Source: Flavobacteriaceae bacterium (GTDB lineage Bacteria > Bacteroidota > Bacteroidia > Flavobacteriales > Flavobacteriaceae). Taken from it: a stretch of 64,000 bases of DNA. Location: positions 50,634-114,633 of the forward strand of contig CBDCKV010000008.1 in assembly GCA_965218355.1 (NCBI GenBank), in the 5' to 3' direction. The position numbers were made by a program, and so were the translations under genes. Shown here piece by piece: positions 38,698 through 48,561 of the stretch. Numbering within the stretch: position 1 is the stretch's first letter; each line of letters starts with the position of its first letter. Below the pieces are notes generated by a model. That model saw nothing but the letters and a program-made list of their open reading frames with translations, did not search any database and was not told the origin of the DNA.

Positions 38698-39972
38698 ATG
38701 AATATTTTAATTTTAGGATCCGGAGGAAGAGAACATGCATTTGCTTTAAAATTAGCAGAAAGCCCTAAGGTAAATCACTTATTTGTTGCCCCTGGAAACG
38801 CTGGAACGTCTCAAATAGCGACAAATATCGCTTGCGATCTCACCGATTTTAATGCAGTAAAACAACAGGTATTAACGCATCAAATAGAGATGGTTGTTGT
38901 AGGTCCAGAAGCTCCTTTGGTAGCAGGAATACACGATTTTTTTTTAGCAGATAATTTGTTAAAAGATGTTTCAGTAATTGGTCCTAAAAAAGACGGTGCT
39001 TTGTTGGAAGGAAGCAAAGATTTCTCGAAACAATTCATGGAAAAACACCAAATTCCAACTGCAAAATACCAGTCATTTACCAAAGAAACCTTGGCTGCCG
39101 GAAAACTATTTTTAGAAACCTTAGAAGCCCCCTATGTTTTAAAAGCAGATGGGTTGGCTGCCGGAAAAGGGGTGTTGATTTTAGCATCATTAGCTGAAGC
39201 TAAATTAGAATTAGAAGACATGTTGTCTAATGAAAAATTTGGAAAAGCGTCTTCCACTGTTGTTGTTGAAGAATTTTTAGACGGTATAGAACTGTCAGTT
39301 TTTGTATTAACAGACGGAAAAAACTATAAAATATTACCATCAGCCAAAGATTACAAAAGAATTGGCGAAGGAGATGTCGGTTTAAATACCGGAGGAATGG
39401 GTGCTATTTCTCCAGTGCCTTTTGCAACCCCAGATTTTTTACAAAAAGTAGAAGACCGTGTTGTAATCCCTACAATTGAAGGCTTACAAAAAGACGGGAT
39501 TGACTACCGTGGCTTTATTTTTATTGGCTTGATGAACGTTGCTGGAGACCCACAAGTAATTGAGTACAATGTACGTATGGGTGATCCAGAGACAGAAGCG
39601 GTATTGCCAAGAATTACAACAGACCTGTATGATTTGTTTGAAGGGGTAGCGTATCAAACGCTTGACCAAAAATCATATGCTGTAACCAATAAAACAGCCA
39701 CTACAGTAATGGTTGTTTCTGGAGGATACCCAGAAGCATATCAAAAAAACAAAACCATTACAGGGATAGAAAACGCAACAGACGCCATTGTTTTTCATGC
39801 GGGAACCACCACAAAAGAGGACGAGGTTGTTACCAACGGAGGTCGTGTATTGGCTGTAACAGCTTTAGGAGATTCCATAGAAGAAGCCCTAGAGAAATCA
39901 TACAAAGGCATTGCTAAAATTAACTTTGAAGGAATGAATTACCGTAAAGATATCGGCTTCGATTTGATCTAA
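38698..39972 (+). CDS. purD: Phosphoribosylamine--glycine ligase
   Basis: GSGGREHA, GPEAPL, KADGLAAGKGV, NTGGMG, RMGDPE; TATATTTG -7 element at 38663-38670. Confidence 0.97.
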   Translation: MNILILGSGGREHAFALKLAESPKVNHLFVAPGNAGTSQIATNIACDLTDFNAVKQQVLTHQIEMVVVGPEAPLVAGIHDFFLADNLLKDVSVIGPKKDGALLEGSKDFSKQFMEKHQIPTAKYQSFTKETLAAGKLFLETLEAPYVLKADGLAAGKGVLILASLAEAKLELEDMLSNEKFGKASSTVVVEEFLDGIELSVFVLTDGKNYKILPSAKDYKRIGEGDVGLNTGGMGAISPVPFATPDFLQKVEDRVVIPTIEGLQKDGIDYRGFIFIGLMNVAGDPQVIEYNVRMGDPETEAVLPRITTDLYDLFEGVAYQTLDQKSYAVTNKTATTVMVVSGGYPEAYQKNKTITGIENATDAIVFHAGTTTKEDEVVTNGGRVLAVTALGDSIEEALEKSYKGIAKINFEGMNYRKDIGFDLI

Positions 39973-39975
39973 AAT

Positions 39976-41016
39976 TTACAGCGCTTTTTCTAAGGTAAAT
40001 GAAAACTCAGACCCTTTTCCAAAGGTGCTTTTTAGTAAAATAGTCTCGTTGTGTGCTTCTACAATGTGTTTTACAATAGAAAGCCCTAAGCCAGAACCCC
40101 CTTGCTCTCTAGACCTACTTTGGTCAACACGATAAAAACGTTCAAACAAGCGTGAAAGATGCACTTGTTGAATCCCTTCTCCATTGTCTGCAATTTTTAC
40201 TAAAAATTTCTGCTCGGTATAAAGGTCTATAGATACGGTTGTGGTGCCGTAGTTTTTCCCGTATTTAATAGAGTTTACAATGAGATTAATTAAGACCTGC
40301 TCGATGCGCTCGATGTCTCCACGAACAAAAACAGGGTACTCATAAATACGATCAAACCGCAGCAATATGTTGCGTTTTTTGGCCTTCATTTCAAACAAAT
40401 CAAAGACATTCTGAATCAGTTCAATAATATTAAACCGTTCTATGTGCAATCGCAATCCTTCGGTTTCTAATTTGGTAATCATATCCAAATCTTTAATAAT
40501 TGCAGTCAGTCTTTCCACTCCTTTATTGGCACGGTCTAAATATTTTTCTCTAATTTCTACATCGTTTACCGCACCTTCAAGCAGGGTCAAAATGTAGCCT
40601 TGTACAGTAAATAGCGGTGTTTTTAATTCGTGTGCCAAGTTTCCTAAAAATTCGCGACGAAAAGAATCTCTTGCAGTCAAATCTTGAATTTCCATACGCT
40701 TTCCTTCTACAAATTTTTGCACACTTTTTGTCAGTGTTTCCATATCTGTAGTAATGGCTTCTTTTTGTAAATCGGACGCATCGAGTAGCGAAACCTCGTT
40801 GTATATTTTTTTAACCCTTCTATAAATAAAATGTTCAGAACGGAATTGAATCAAGTAAAAAGAGAGGATAAATAATAAAAGAACAGCAAATACAATCCCT
40901 CCTGTTTTAAAAAAAGGGTAGAGGATAAAAAAACAAAGAGCTGCAATAGTTGTGGTAAGAATCCACAAATAGACAACAGACCAAAAAGCAAAGGTATAGG
41001 TCTTTTTTAGTTTCAT
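39976..41016 (-). CDS. PhoR-like sensor histidine kinase
   Basis: HELKTPL, NLIVNSIKY, DNGEGI, FERFYRVD.SRSR..GGSGLGL. Confidence 0.9.
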   Translation of the reverse strand: MKLKKTYTFAFWSVVYLWILTTTIAALCFFILYPFFKTGGIVFAVLLLFILSFYLIQFRSEHFIYRRVKKIYNEVSLLDASDLQKEAITTDMETLTKSVQKFVEGKRMEIQDLTARDSFRREFLGNLAHELKTPLFTVQGYILTLLEGAVNDVEIREKYLDRANKGVERLTAIIKDLDMITKLETEGLRLHIERFNIIELIQNVFDLFEMKAKKRNILLRFDRIYEYPVFVRGDIERIEQVLINLIVNSIKYGKNYGTTTVSIDLYTEQKFLVKIADNGEGIQQVHLSRLFERFYRVDQSRSREQGGSGLGLSIVKHIVEAHNETILLKSTFGKGSEFSFTLEKAL

Positions 41017-41714
41017 GTGTTTGTGTTTTCGTCTAAAACAAATTTATACCCTACGCCCTTAACGGTTTTAAAAGTGTTTTCGCCAATTTTTTCACGCAAC
41101 TTACGAATATGTACATCTATAGTTCTGCCACCCACAACGACTTCGTTTCCCCAGACAGCGTCTAAAATAGCATCACGTTTAAAGACTTTTCCTGGTTTAG
41201 AAGCGAGTAAGGAAAGCAGTTCAAATTCTTTTCTAGGTAAATTTATTTTTTGCGTTCCTTTAAAAACGACATATTCTTCCCGGTTAATCACCAAATCTCC
41301 CACTGTAGTAGCCGTTGTTTCTTCTACATTGCTCTTCAGGCGTCGCAACAATGATTTTACTTTGCTAACGAGTACTTTTGGTTTGATAGGCTTGGTAATA
41401 TAATCATCCGCCCCAGCTTCAAAACCAGCTACTTGAGAATAATCTTCGCCACGAGCAGTTAAGAAGGCGATAATTACATGTTCTAAACTGTCTATTTTAC
41501 GTATTTTCTCACAGGCTTCTATACCATCCATTTCCGGCATCATAATGTCGAGAAGAATTAAGTTTGGGCGGTGTTTTTTAGCTGCTTTTATAGCCTCTAT
41601 GCCATTGGAAGCTGTTATAATTTGATAGCCTTCAGATTTTAAATTGTAGCTCACGATTTCTAAAATATCAGGTTCGTCGTCTACTAGTAAAATTTTTAAT
41701 TTATCTGTACTCAT
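41013..41714 (-). CDS. OmpR/PhoB-family response regulator
   Basis: VDDE, LDIMMP, GADDYITKP, RTIDVHIRKLREK; TATTTTTG -7 element at 41732-41739. Confidence 0.93.
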   Translation of the reverse strand: MSTDKLKILLVDDEPDILEIVSYNLKSEGYQIITASNGIEAIKAAKKHRPNLILLDIMMPEMDGIEACEKIRKIDSLEHVIIAFLTARGEDYSQVAGFEAGADDYITKPIKPKVLVSKVKSLLRRLKSNVEETTATTVGDLVINREEYVVFKGTQKINLPRKEFELLSLLASKPGKVFKRDAILDAVWGNEVVVGGRTIDVHIRKLREKIGENTFKTVKGVGYKFVLDENTNT

Positions 41715-41909
41715 ATAGGGGGTTTAAAACTCAAAAATAGCGAAAAAAAACGAGATAAAAAGAGTGCTCAAGTATCTCAAATGAGTCTTTTTACAACTTT
41801 TTTACATAAGAAATACACTCTTTAGATAAGGAAAAACAACTCTGAAACGCTCAAGTACGCTAAAAATTGCCTACCTTTAACACGAAACAATTATTTTAAA
41901 GAAATTAGT

Positions 41910-44069
41910 ATGAAAAAAAATTACTTTTTAACAGCCGTAGTAGCTCTTTGTTTTACAGCTGTATCGTTTGGACAAACCCCTGTGATTACGATGATTTCTG
42001 ATGGAGACTGTTCTGGAGGAACTCCTAAGGTTCTAGAAATATACGCAAACGGAACAGTTGATTTTTCGTTATACTCATTAGAAAATCAAACAAATTCGAA
42101 TACCACTTGGGGGAATACACAGGATTTATCCTCTTTTGGAACTGTTACTGATGGCTTTGTTTACATTGTAAAAGATACAGATTTAACGGTATTCAATACA
42201 GAGTACCCTTCGTTAACCGACGCTGCTATTTTAGTCTCAAATACCATAAATGTAAATGGAGACGACAGAGTTCGAGTTATACAAAGCTCAGACAGTGCTG
42301 TTATTGATCAATATGGGGCTGAAGGAACAGATGGCACAGGAACAGATTGGGAATACAAAGATGGTTTTGCGAAAAGAAACAATGGAACTCCTGCAAATTC
42401 GGGAACATTTTCATCAACAAATTGGACGAATGGAAATGGTACTTTAGATGGAGAAGGTAGTTGCCAAGGAGGAACCCTTTTTGAAACCATTATTGGTGTA
42501 GGGTCTTATGTTGCAACAGCATCAAGTGATCCTTCACTAAGCATTACTTCACCTACAAACGGTGTAACTCTTGACGCAGCAACTAGTGTAACCATTTCAA
42601 TTGCAGTCGCTAATTTTTCTGTTACAGATGACGGTACCGGAGACGGACACATTCATTGGACGGTACAAGAAAATAGCGACACCCCAGTAGCACAATCAAT
42701 GAAATATAATACCAACGATGAAAGTATTGCTGTAACTGCAGGGAATAGCTATACCGTATATATGGAGTTGGTAGACAATTCGCACACGGCAGTTTCCCCA
42801 GCGGTAAATACCTCCACAACATTTACAGTTGCGCACCCTTGCGACTTGGTCTTGGGAGACATCTCAACCACCTGTGATGCTTTAACAAGTGGCTCAGATA
42901 CTTTTAACGGAAGCATTGCTTTTACCGGAGGAAATACAGGAATCACCTACACCATTACAGCAGATTCAGGAACCATTGGCGGAGACGATCCAAGCAGTGT
43001 TGCTGAAGGAACCATCACGTTTACAGATATTACTGAAGAGACCGATGTTGCTGTAGCGATTACAGGAGGCACAGGAAGTAGCTGTGACTATACAAGAACC
43101 CTATACAGCCCTGTTTGTGTTGCTTTTCCAGTACAAGAATTTTTTGAGTATACTGCAGGAATCGATTTAATAGACAGTGCTTTGTGGCAAAACAATTCAA
43201 CATCAACAGATGAAATTCAGGTAGTTGCCGCAGCAATGGATTACCCTTCATATATAACTGAGGGTACAGTAGAGCCAGTAACAGGAAACATGGTGAGTTT
43301 TGAAGGAAGTGGTTCAGATTCATATATCGAATTTAATGGAACGAGTACAGGAACCATTTATACGTCGTTTTTATTTACCGCAACCGACATGAGTACGGTA
43401 ACCAATAATAATGGCGGGTATTTTGCAATTTTGGCAGAAGCAGGGGGTTCTTACAGAGCTCGCTTGTGGCTAAAGCCAGACGCAACGGACGCTACTAAAT
43501 TTAATATTGGCGTGAGTGCTGGAAGCTCAACGAGTAATTATAGTACTGTACAATACGATGCAGGCGCATCTGTCTTTGTAGTGATGAGCTATGATTTTAC
43601 GAGTGATGAAATTAGCGTTTGGGTAAATCCAAGCGTGACAGAGATGCAAGAATCGACAGCCCCAGCAGCGACCTTGACTGAAACAGGAGGTACCGCAGGT
43701 AATTTAGGCCGCTTTGTATTGCGTCAAGATTCCGCTTCAGAAACGCCAGCAATGTATTTTGATGAATTGCGGATTTCAACTGCTTGGCAAGAAGTTACTT
43801 TAAATGGTGTGGTTTCTGTTCCAGAGAACTTTATTCAAGACTTCGCTGCATATCCAAACCCGGTACGCAATGGAAAAGTAACCATTACCACTGCAGATAC
43901 TGCAGCAAAAACCATTCGTATTTACAATGTTTTAGGAAAGCAAGTGTTTGTTCAAACAGTAACAGGGGCAACCAACCAGCTTACTATTGAAAACCTACAC
44001 ACAGGAATGTATATCTTAAAAATTGAATCAGGAGATAAAGTAGCGACTAAGAAATTGGTAATACGCTAA
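41910..44069 (+). CDS. Secreted T9SS type-A CTD protein (lamin-tail-like N-terminus, Ig-like and lectin-like modules)
   Basis: Signal peptide; NGDD...IDQYG; C-terminal YPNP...IYNVLGKQV...GMYILKI...KKLVIR. Confidence 0.88.
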   Translation: MKKNYFLTAVVALCFTAVSFGQTPVITMISDGDCSGGTPKVLEIYANGTVDFSLYSLENQTNSNTTWGNTQDLSSFGTVTDGFVYIVKDTDLTVFNTEYPSLTDAAILVSNTINVNGDDRVRVIQSSDSAVIDQYGAEGTDGTGTDWEYKDGFAKRNNGTPANSGTFSSTNWTNGNGTLDGEGSCQGGTLFETIIGVGSYVATASSDPSLSITSPTNGVTLDAATSVTISIAVANFSVTDDGTGDGHIHWTVQENSDTPVAQSMKYNTNDESIAVTAGNSYTVYMELVDNSHTAVSPAVNTSTTFTVAHPCDLVLGDISTTCDALTSGSDTFNGSIAFTGGNTGITYTITADSGTIGGDDPSSVAEGTITFTDITEETDVAVAITGGTGSSCDYTRTLYSPVCVAFPVQEFFEYTAGIDLIDSALWQNNSTSTDEIQVVAAAMDYPSYITEGTVEPVTGNMVSFEGSGSDSYIEFNGTSTGTIYTSFLFTATDMSTVTNNNGGYFAILAEAGGSYRARLWLKPDATDATKFNIGVSAGSSTSNYSTVQYDAGASVFVVMSYDFTSDEISVWVNPSVTEMQESTAPAATLTETGGTAGNLGRFVLRQDSASETPAMYFDELRISTAWQEVTLNGVVSVPENFIQDFAAYPNPVRNGKVTITTADTAAKTIRIYNVLGKQVFVQTVTGATNQLTIENLHTGMYILKIESGDKVATKKLVIR

Positions 44070-44091
44070 AAACGAACACACATATATTAAT

Positions 44092-44119
44092 AAGGCCTCG
44101 AATATTCGAGGCTTTTTTT
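44092..44119 (+). terminator. Intrinsic terminator
   Basis: AAGGCCTCGAATATTCGAGGC followed by a T-run. Confidence 0.82.
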
Positions 44120-44150
44120 GTACTTTCAGATTGCTATTAAAAAGAACCTT

Positions 44151-44867
44151 ATGCTACATACGCACGCCCTTCCCAATATTTTGTTTCTAGACATAGAAAC
44201 CGTACCAGAAACACCTGCTTTTACAGATTTATCCGAGGTGAAACAACTGTTGTTTGCTCAAAAAACAAAATACCAACGAAAAGAAGAATATAGTCCAGAA
44301 GAATTTTATAACCGAGCAGGAATTTGGGCAGAATTTGGTAAAATAATTTGTATTTCAGTAGCCTATTTTGTTGAAAAAGAAGCAGGAACGCAACTGCGAG
44401 TTACCTCTTTCTTTGGCGAGGACGAAGTAAAGATACTGGAAGAATTTAAAGCGTTGTTAGCGACTCATTTTTATAAAAAACAACATGTTTTATGTGCGCA
44501 TAATGGCAAAGAATTTGATTTCCCATACATTGCCAGACGCATGATTGTTCATGCGATTGCTTTGCCAGAAAAATTAAATTTATTTGGGAAAAAACCGTGG
44601 GAAGTACCGCATTTAGACACCTTAGAGCTTTGGAAATTTGGAGATTACAAACACTATACCTCCTTAAAATTACTCACCACTATTTTGGGTGTTCCTTCTC
44701 CAAAAGATGATATTGACGGGAGTGAGGTTGCAGGAGTCTATTACAAAGAAAAAGACCTGGAAAGAATTGTGCGTTATTGCGAAAAAGACACCATAGCCGT
44801 AGCGCAATTACTCTTGCGCTTTTACAACAAACCTATTTTGTTACCTACCGATATTATAAACGTATAA
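44151..44867 (+). CDS. Stand-alone PolB-like 3'-5' exonuclease (DEDDy)
   Basis: LDIET, HNGKEFDFP, YCEKD. Confidence 0.85.
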   Translation: MLHTHALPNILFLDIETVPETPAFTDLSEVKQLLFAQKTKYQRKEEYSPEEFYNRAGIWAEFGKIICISVAYFVEKEAGTQLRVTSFFGEDEVKILEEFKALLATHFYKKQHVLCAHNGKEFDFPYIARRMIVHAIALPEKLNLFGKKPWEVPHLDTLELWKFGDYKHYTSLKLLTTILGVPSPKDDIDGSEVAGVYYKEKDLERIVRYCEKDTIAVAQLLLRFYNKPILLPTDIINV

Positions 44868-46730
44868 CTACCCTTCTAGTTTCATGGAGAGCTCAAACCA
44901 ACGCTCTTCTTTTTGTTCTAAATCGCGAATAATTTGTTGTAATTCTTCAGACTTTGCTACAATATTTTCAGGCAAAATAGCATTGTCTGAAAACTGTGCC
45001 TCCAGTGTTTTTTTCTTTTTTTGTAAGCGCTCAACACCTACTTCTAATTGCCCAAACTCCCTATTTTCGTTAAAACTCAGCTTTCCTTTCGGCGTTGATT
45101 TTTCAACTTTTTTTTGAGGCGTTTTTTTTGGTGCGATTGCTTTTGCGGGTTTCGAATCTTCGTACGCTCTGTAATCTGAATAGTTACCCGGAAAGTTTTC
45201 TATAAGCCCGTCGCCTTTAAAGACAAATAACGAGTCGGTTATCTTGTCCATAAAATATCGGTCATGAGAAACTACTATGAGATTTCCTGGAAAGTCTAAC
45301 AAGAAGTTTTCTAAGACATTTAAGGTAATTACATCCAAATCATTGGTCGGTTCATCTAAAATTAAGAAGTTCGGGTTTTGAATTAAAACAGCACATAAGT
45401 ACAGTCTTTTTTGCTCGCCACCACTTAGTTTCTCTACAAAATCATACTGCTTTTTACGGTCGAATAAAAAACGTTCTAACAATTGGCCTGCAGTAATTTT
45501 TCGCCCTTTGGTTAAAGGAATGTATTCTCCAAATTCTTTAACAACTTCAATTACTTTTTGCCCTTCTTTGACGACAATTCCCTTTTGAGTATAGTAGCCA
45601 AACTTTACAGTTTCTCCTAAGACAACTTTTCCAGCATCAATAGGCTCTTGTTGGGTAATGAGGTTTAGGAATGAAGATTTCCCAGTGCCATTTTTACCAA
45701 TAATTCCAATACGTTCACCACGTTTAAAAACATAATCAAACCCGTCTACAATTTTTAAATCTCCATACGATTTCTGTACTTTGGTAAGCTCTAGGATTTT
45801 ACTTCCTAGACGCTCCATGTTTATTTCTAATTGTACAACATGGTCTTGTCTTCTTTGGTGTGCTTTTTCTTTAATTTGATAGAAATCATCAATTCTAGAT
45901 TTCGATTTTGTGGTACGTGCTTTGGGTTGCTTTCGCATCCAATTGAGTTCTTTTTTAAAGAGGTTCTTCGCTTTGTTTACAGTGGTCTGCTCAATAGCGA
46001 TCCGTTCTTCTTTTTTTTCCAGATAATAGGAGTAGTTCCCTTTGTAATGATGGAGAGATCCATGATCTAATTCTATAATTTCATTACAGACACGTTCTAG
46101 AAAATACCGATCATGTGTAACCATAAAAAGTGTAATTTTCTCTTTTGAAAAATAACTTTCTAACCATTCAATCATTTCTAAATCTAAATGATTTGTTGGC
46201 TCATCTAAAATTAATAAATCGGGTTTGTTAATTAAAACGGTAGCTAAAGCGAGGCGTTTTATCTGTCCTCCAGAAAGGTTGCCTACTTTTTGTGTGAGGT
46301 CATTAAATTTTAATTTGGATAAAATTTGCTTGTATTGCGTTTCAAAATCCCATGCACTATGTAGCTCCATCGCTTCAAAAGCACTTTGATACGCGGTTGC
46401 ATTTTCCGGATCTTCTAAGGCATCATTGTATTGTTGTATAACTTGTAAGGTCTTGTTTTCTGAGGAAAAAATAGTCTCTTCAATTGTTAGCGAATTGTCT
46501 AGCGCATCTTTTTGTGCCAGGTAAGAAATCTGAAGCCTTTTTCTACTAACTACTTGGCCCGTGTCTGGCACATCTAACCCAGCAACGATGTTTAAAATAG
46601 AAGTCTTTCCGCTTCCATTTTTTGCTACAAAAGCAATTTTTTGGTCCTTATTAATCCCAAAAGAAATGTCTTCAAACAATACACGTTCTCCGTACGATTT
46701 TGAAATGTTTTCGACCGTTAAGTAATTCAT
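44868..46730 (-). CDS. ABC-F family ATPase (Uup-like)
   Basis: Two ABC cassettes (NGSGKT/LSGGQ/LDEPTNHLD; GKNGTGKS/LSGGE), no TM, C-terminal coiled coil. Confidence 0.9.
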   Translation of the reverse strand: MNYLTVENISKSYGERVLFEDISFGINKDQKIAFVAKNGSGKTSILNIVAGLDVPDTGQVVSRKRLQISYLAQKDALDNSLTIEETIFSSENKTLQVIQQYNDALEDPENATAYQSAFEAMELHSAWDFETQYKQILSKLKFNDLTQKVGNLSGGQIKRLALATVLINKPDLLILDEPTNHLDLEMIEWLESYFSKEKITLFMVTHDRYFLERVCNEIIELDHGSLHHYKGNYSYYLEKKEERIAIEQTTVNKAKNLFKKELNWMRKQPKARTTKSKSRIDDFYQIKEKAHQRRQDHVVQLEINMERLGSKILELTKVQKSYGDLKIVDGFDYVFKRGERIGIIGKNGTGKSSFLNLITQQEPIDAGKVVLGETVKFGYYTQKGIVVKEGQKVIEVVKEFGEYIPLTKGRKITAGQLLERFLFDRKKQYDFVEKLSGGEQKRLYLCAVLIQNPNFLILDEPTNDLDVITLNVLENFLLDFPGNLIVVSHDRYFMDKITDSLFVFKGDGLIENFPGNYSDYRAYEDSKPAKAIAPKKTPQKKVEKSTPKGKLSFNENREFGQLEVGVERLQKKKKTLEAQFSDNAILPENIVAKSEELQQIIRDLEQKEERWFELSMKLEG

Positions 46731-46864
46731 GGTAGTAGTAATTTTTGGTAAAAATAACAAAACTTATACGGCTTTCTCTTTTTTAGGCTACTATCTTCAG
46801 CTTTCCGATAAATAGTTTCACGCAGTCATTAAAATCCGTATTTTTACAATTAAAATCCAAGAAT

Positions 46865-48526
46865 ATGTTAACACTTTCTAATGTATCTGTTTCTTTTTTA
46901 GACAATTCTGTTGTGTCAAATATTTCATTTTCAGTAAAAAAAAATGAAATTGTTGGACTCGTTGGTGAGTCTGGCAGTGGGAAATCTGTAACTTCTCTGG
47001 CTATTTTAGGCTTACTTTCTCAAAAAGGAACATGTATTGAAGGAGAGATCTGCTTTAACGGCACAGATCTTTTGAGTTGTAGTGAAACGGCTTTTCAGCA
47101 AATAAGAGGACGTAAAATTGCCATGATTTTTCAAGAACCGATGAGCTCTTTAAACCCAACGTTGTCTTGTGGATTTCAAATAGCAGAAGTATTGCAACAA
47201 CATACTCTGCTTACTAAAAGAGAAATAAAAGAGAGAGTCATCTCGCTTTTTGAAAAGGTAAAGCTTCCCCGACCTGTTCAAATAGCTGAAGCATATCCAC
47301 ATGAAATTAGTGGTGGACAGCAACAACGAGTAATGATTGCTATGGCGATTGCTTGTCAACCAGAACTGTTAATTGCCGATGAACCTACGACAGCATTAGA
47401 CGTAACGGTTCAAAAAGAAATTGTACAGCTGCTTAAAGAACTGCAAAAAGAAACAGGAATGGGCATTTTGTTTATCAGTCACGATTTGGCATTGGTTTCA
47501 GAAATTGCAGACAGAGTAGTGGTAATGCACCGTGGAGAATTGATTGAAAAAGGCTCTGTACAGCAGGTGTTTAAGCAACCAAAAACGAATTATACGAGAG
47601 CATTACTTGCTTCTAAACCGACACTAAAAGAACGATTAAAAGTACTGCCCACGGTCGCCGATTTCATGGAAGAGAAAGTGGTAACAAAAATTTATACCGC
47701 CGAAGAACGGGCAATTTTTCATGGAAAATTGTACCAACAAAAACCGCTCTTAGAAGTAGTGAATTTAAAAAAAGAATTTACTCGAAAAACATCTTGGTTT
47801 TCTACAGCCGGAACAGTGAAAGCAATTGATGGAGTTTCGTTTAAAATTTTTGAAGGAGAAACGCTAGGCCTTGTGGGGGAATCTGGCTGTGGAAAATCGA
47901 CACTTGGGCGAACTATATTGCAATTGGAAACAGCAAGTGCAGGACATGTTTTTTACAAAGGAACAGATATCACGACACTTTCTAAAAAAGCGATACGGCA
48001 CCTTCGAAAAGAGATTCAACTCATTTTTCAAGACCCTTTTTCATCATTAAACCCAAGAATTACTATTGGCGAAGCCATTTTAGAGCCTATGAATGTTCAC
48101 AAATTATTTGCAAACAAGGCAGCTCGTAAAAAACACGTACTAACTTTGCTAGTACAAGTAGGGTTGTTACCAGAACACTACAACAGGTATCCACACGAGT
48201 TTTCTGGAGGACAACGACAACGAATTGGAATTGCCCGTGCCATTGCATTAGAGCCTAAGCTAATTATTTGCGATGAATCTGTCTCAGCATTAGATGTTTC
48301 TGTACAAGCACAAGTGTTAAACTTACTCAATAGACTCAAAGAAAAATACAAATTCACGTACATTTTTATTTCACACGACTTGTCGGTGGTAAAATACATG
48401 GCAGATCAATTGGTGGTCATGAATCAAGGGAAAATAGAAGAAATAGGCGATGCAGACACCATCTATAAAGCCCCTAAGAGCACATATACAAAAGCATTAA
48501 TTGCCGCGATTCCAAAAGGAATTTAA
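46865..48526 (+). CDS. Fused dual-ATPase ABC transporter subunit, peptide/nickel type
   Basis: GESGSGKS and GESGCGKS, YPHEISGGQ and YPHEFSGGQ. Confidence 0.92.
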   Translation: MLTLSNVSVSFLDNSVVSNISFSVKKNEIVGLVGESGSGKSVTSLAILGLLSQKGTCIEGEICFNGTDLLSCSETAFQQIRGRKIAMIFQEPMSSLNPTLSCGFQIAEVLQQHTLLTKREIKERVISLFEKVKLPRPVQIAEAYPHEISGGQQQRVMIAMAIACQPELLIADEPTTALDVTVQKEIVQLLKELQKETGMGILFISHDLALVSEIADRVVVMHRGELIEKGSVQQVFKQPKTNYTRALLASKPTLKERLKVLPTVADFMEEKVVTKIYTAEERAIFHGKLYQQKPLLEVVNLKKEFTRKTSWFSTAGTVKAIDGVSFKIFEGETLGLVGESGCGKSTLGRTILQLETASAGHVFYKGTDITTLSKKAIRHLRKEIQLIFQDPFSSLNPRITIGEAILEPMNVHKLFANKAARKKHVLTLLVQVGLLPEHYNRYPHEFSGGQRQRIGIARAIALEPKLIICDESVSALDVSVQAQVLNLLNRLKEKYKFTYIFISHDLSVVKYMADQLVVMNQGKIEEIGDADTIYKAPKSTYTKALIAAIPKGI

Positions 48527-48561
48527 TATAAAATTATGTGTATCTTGCCCCTAAAAAAAAT

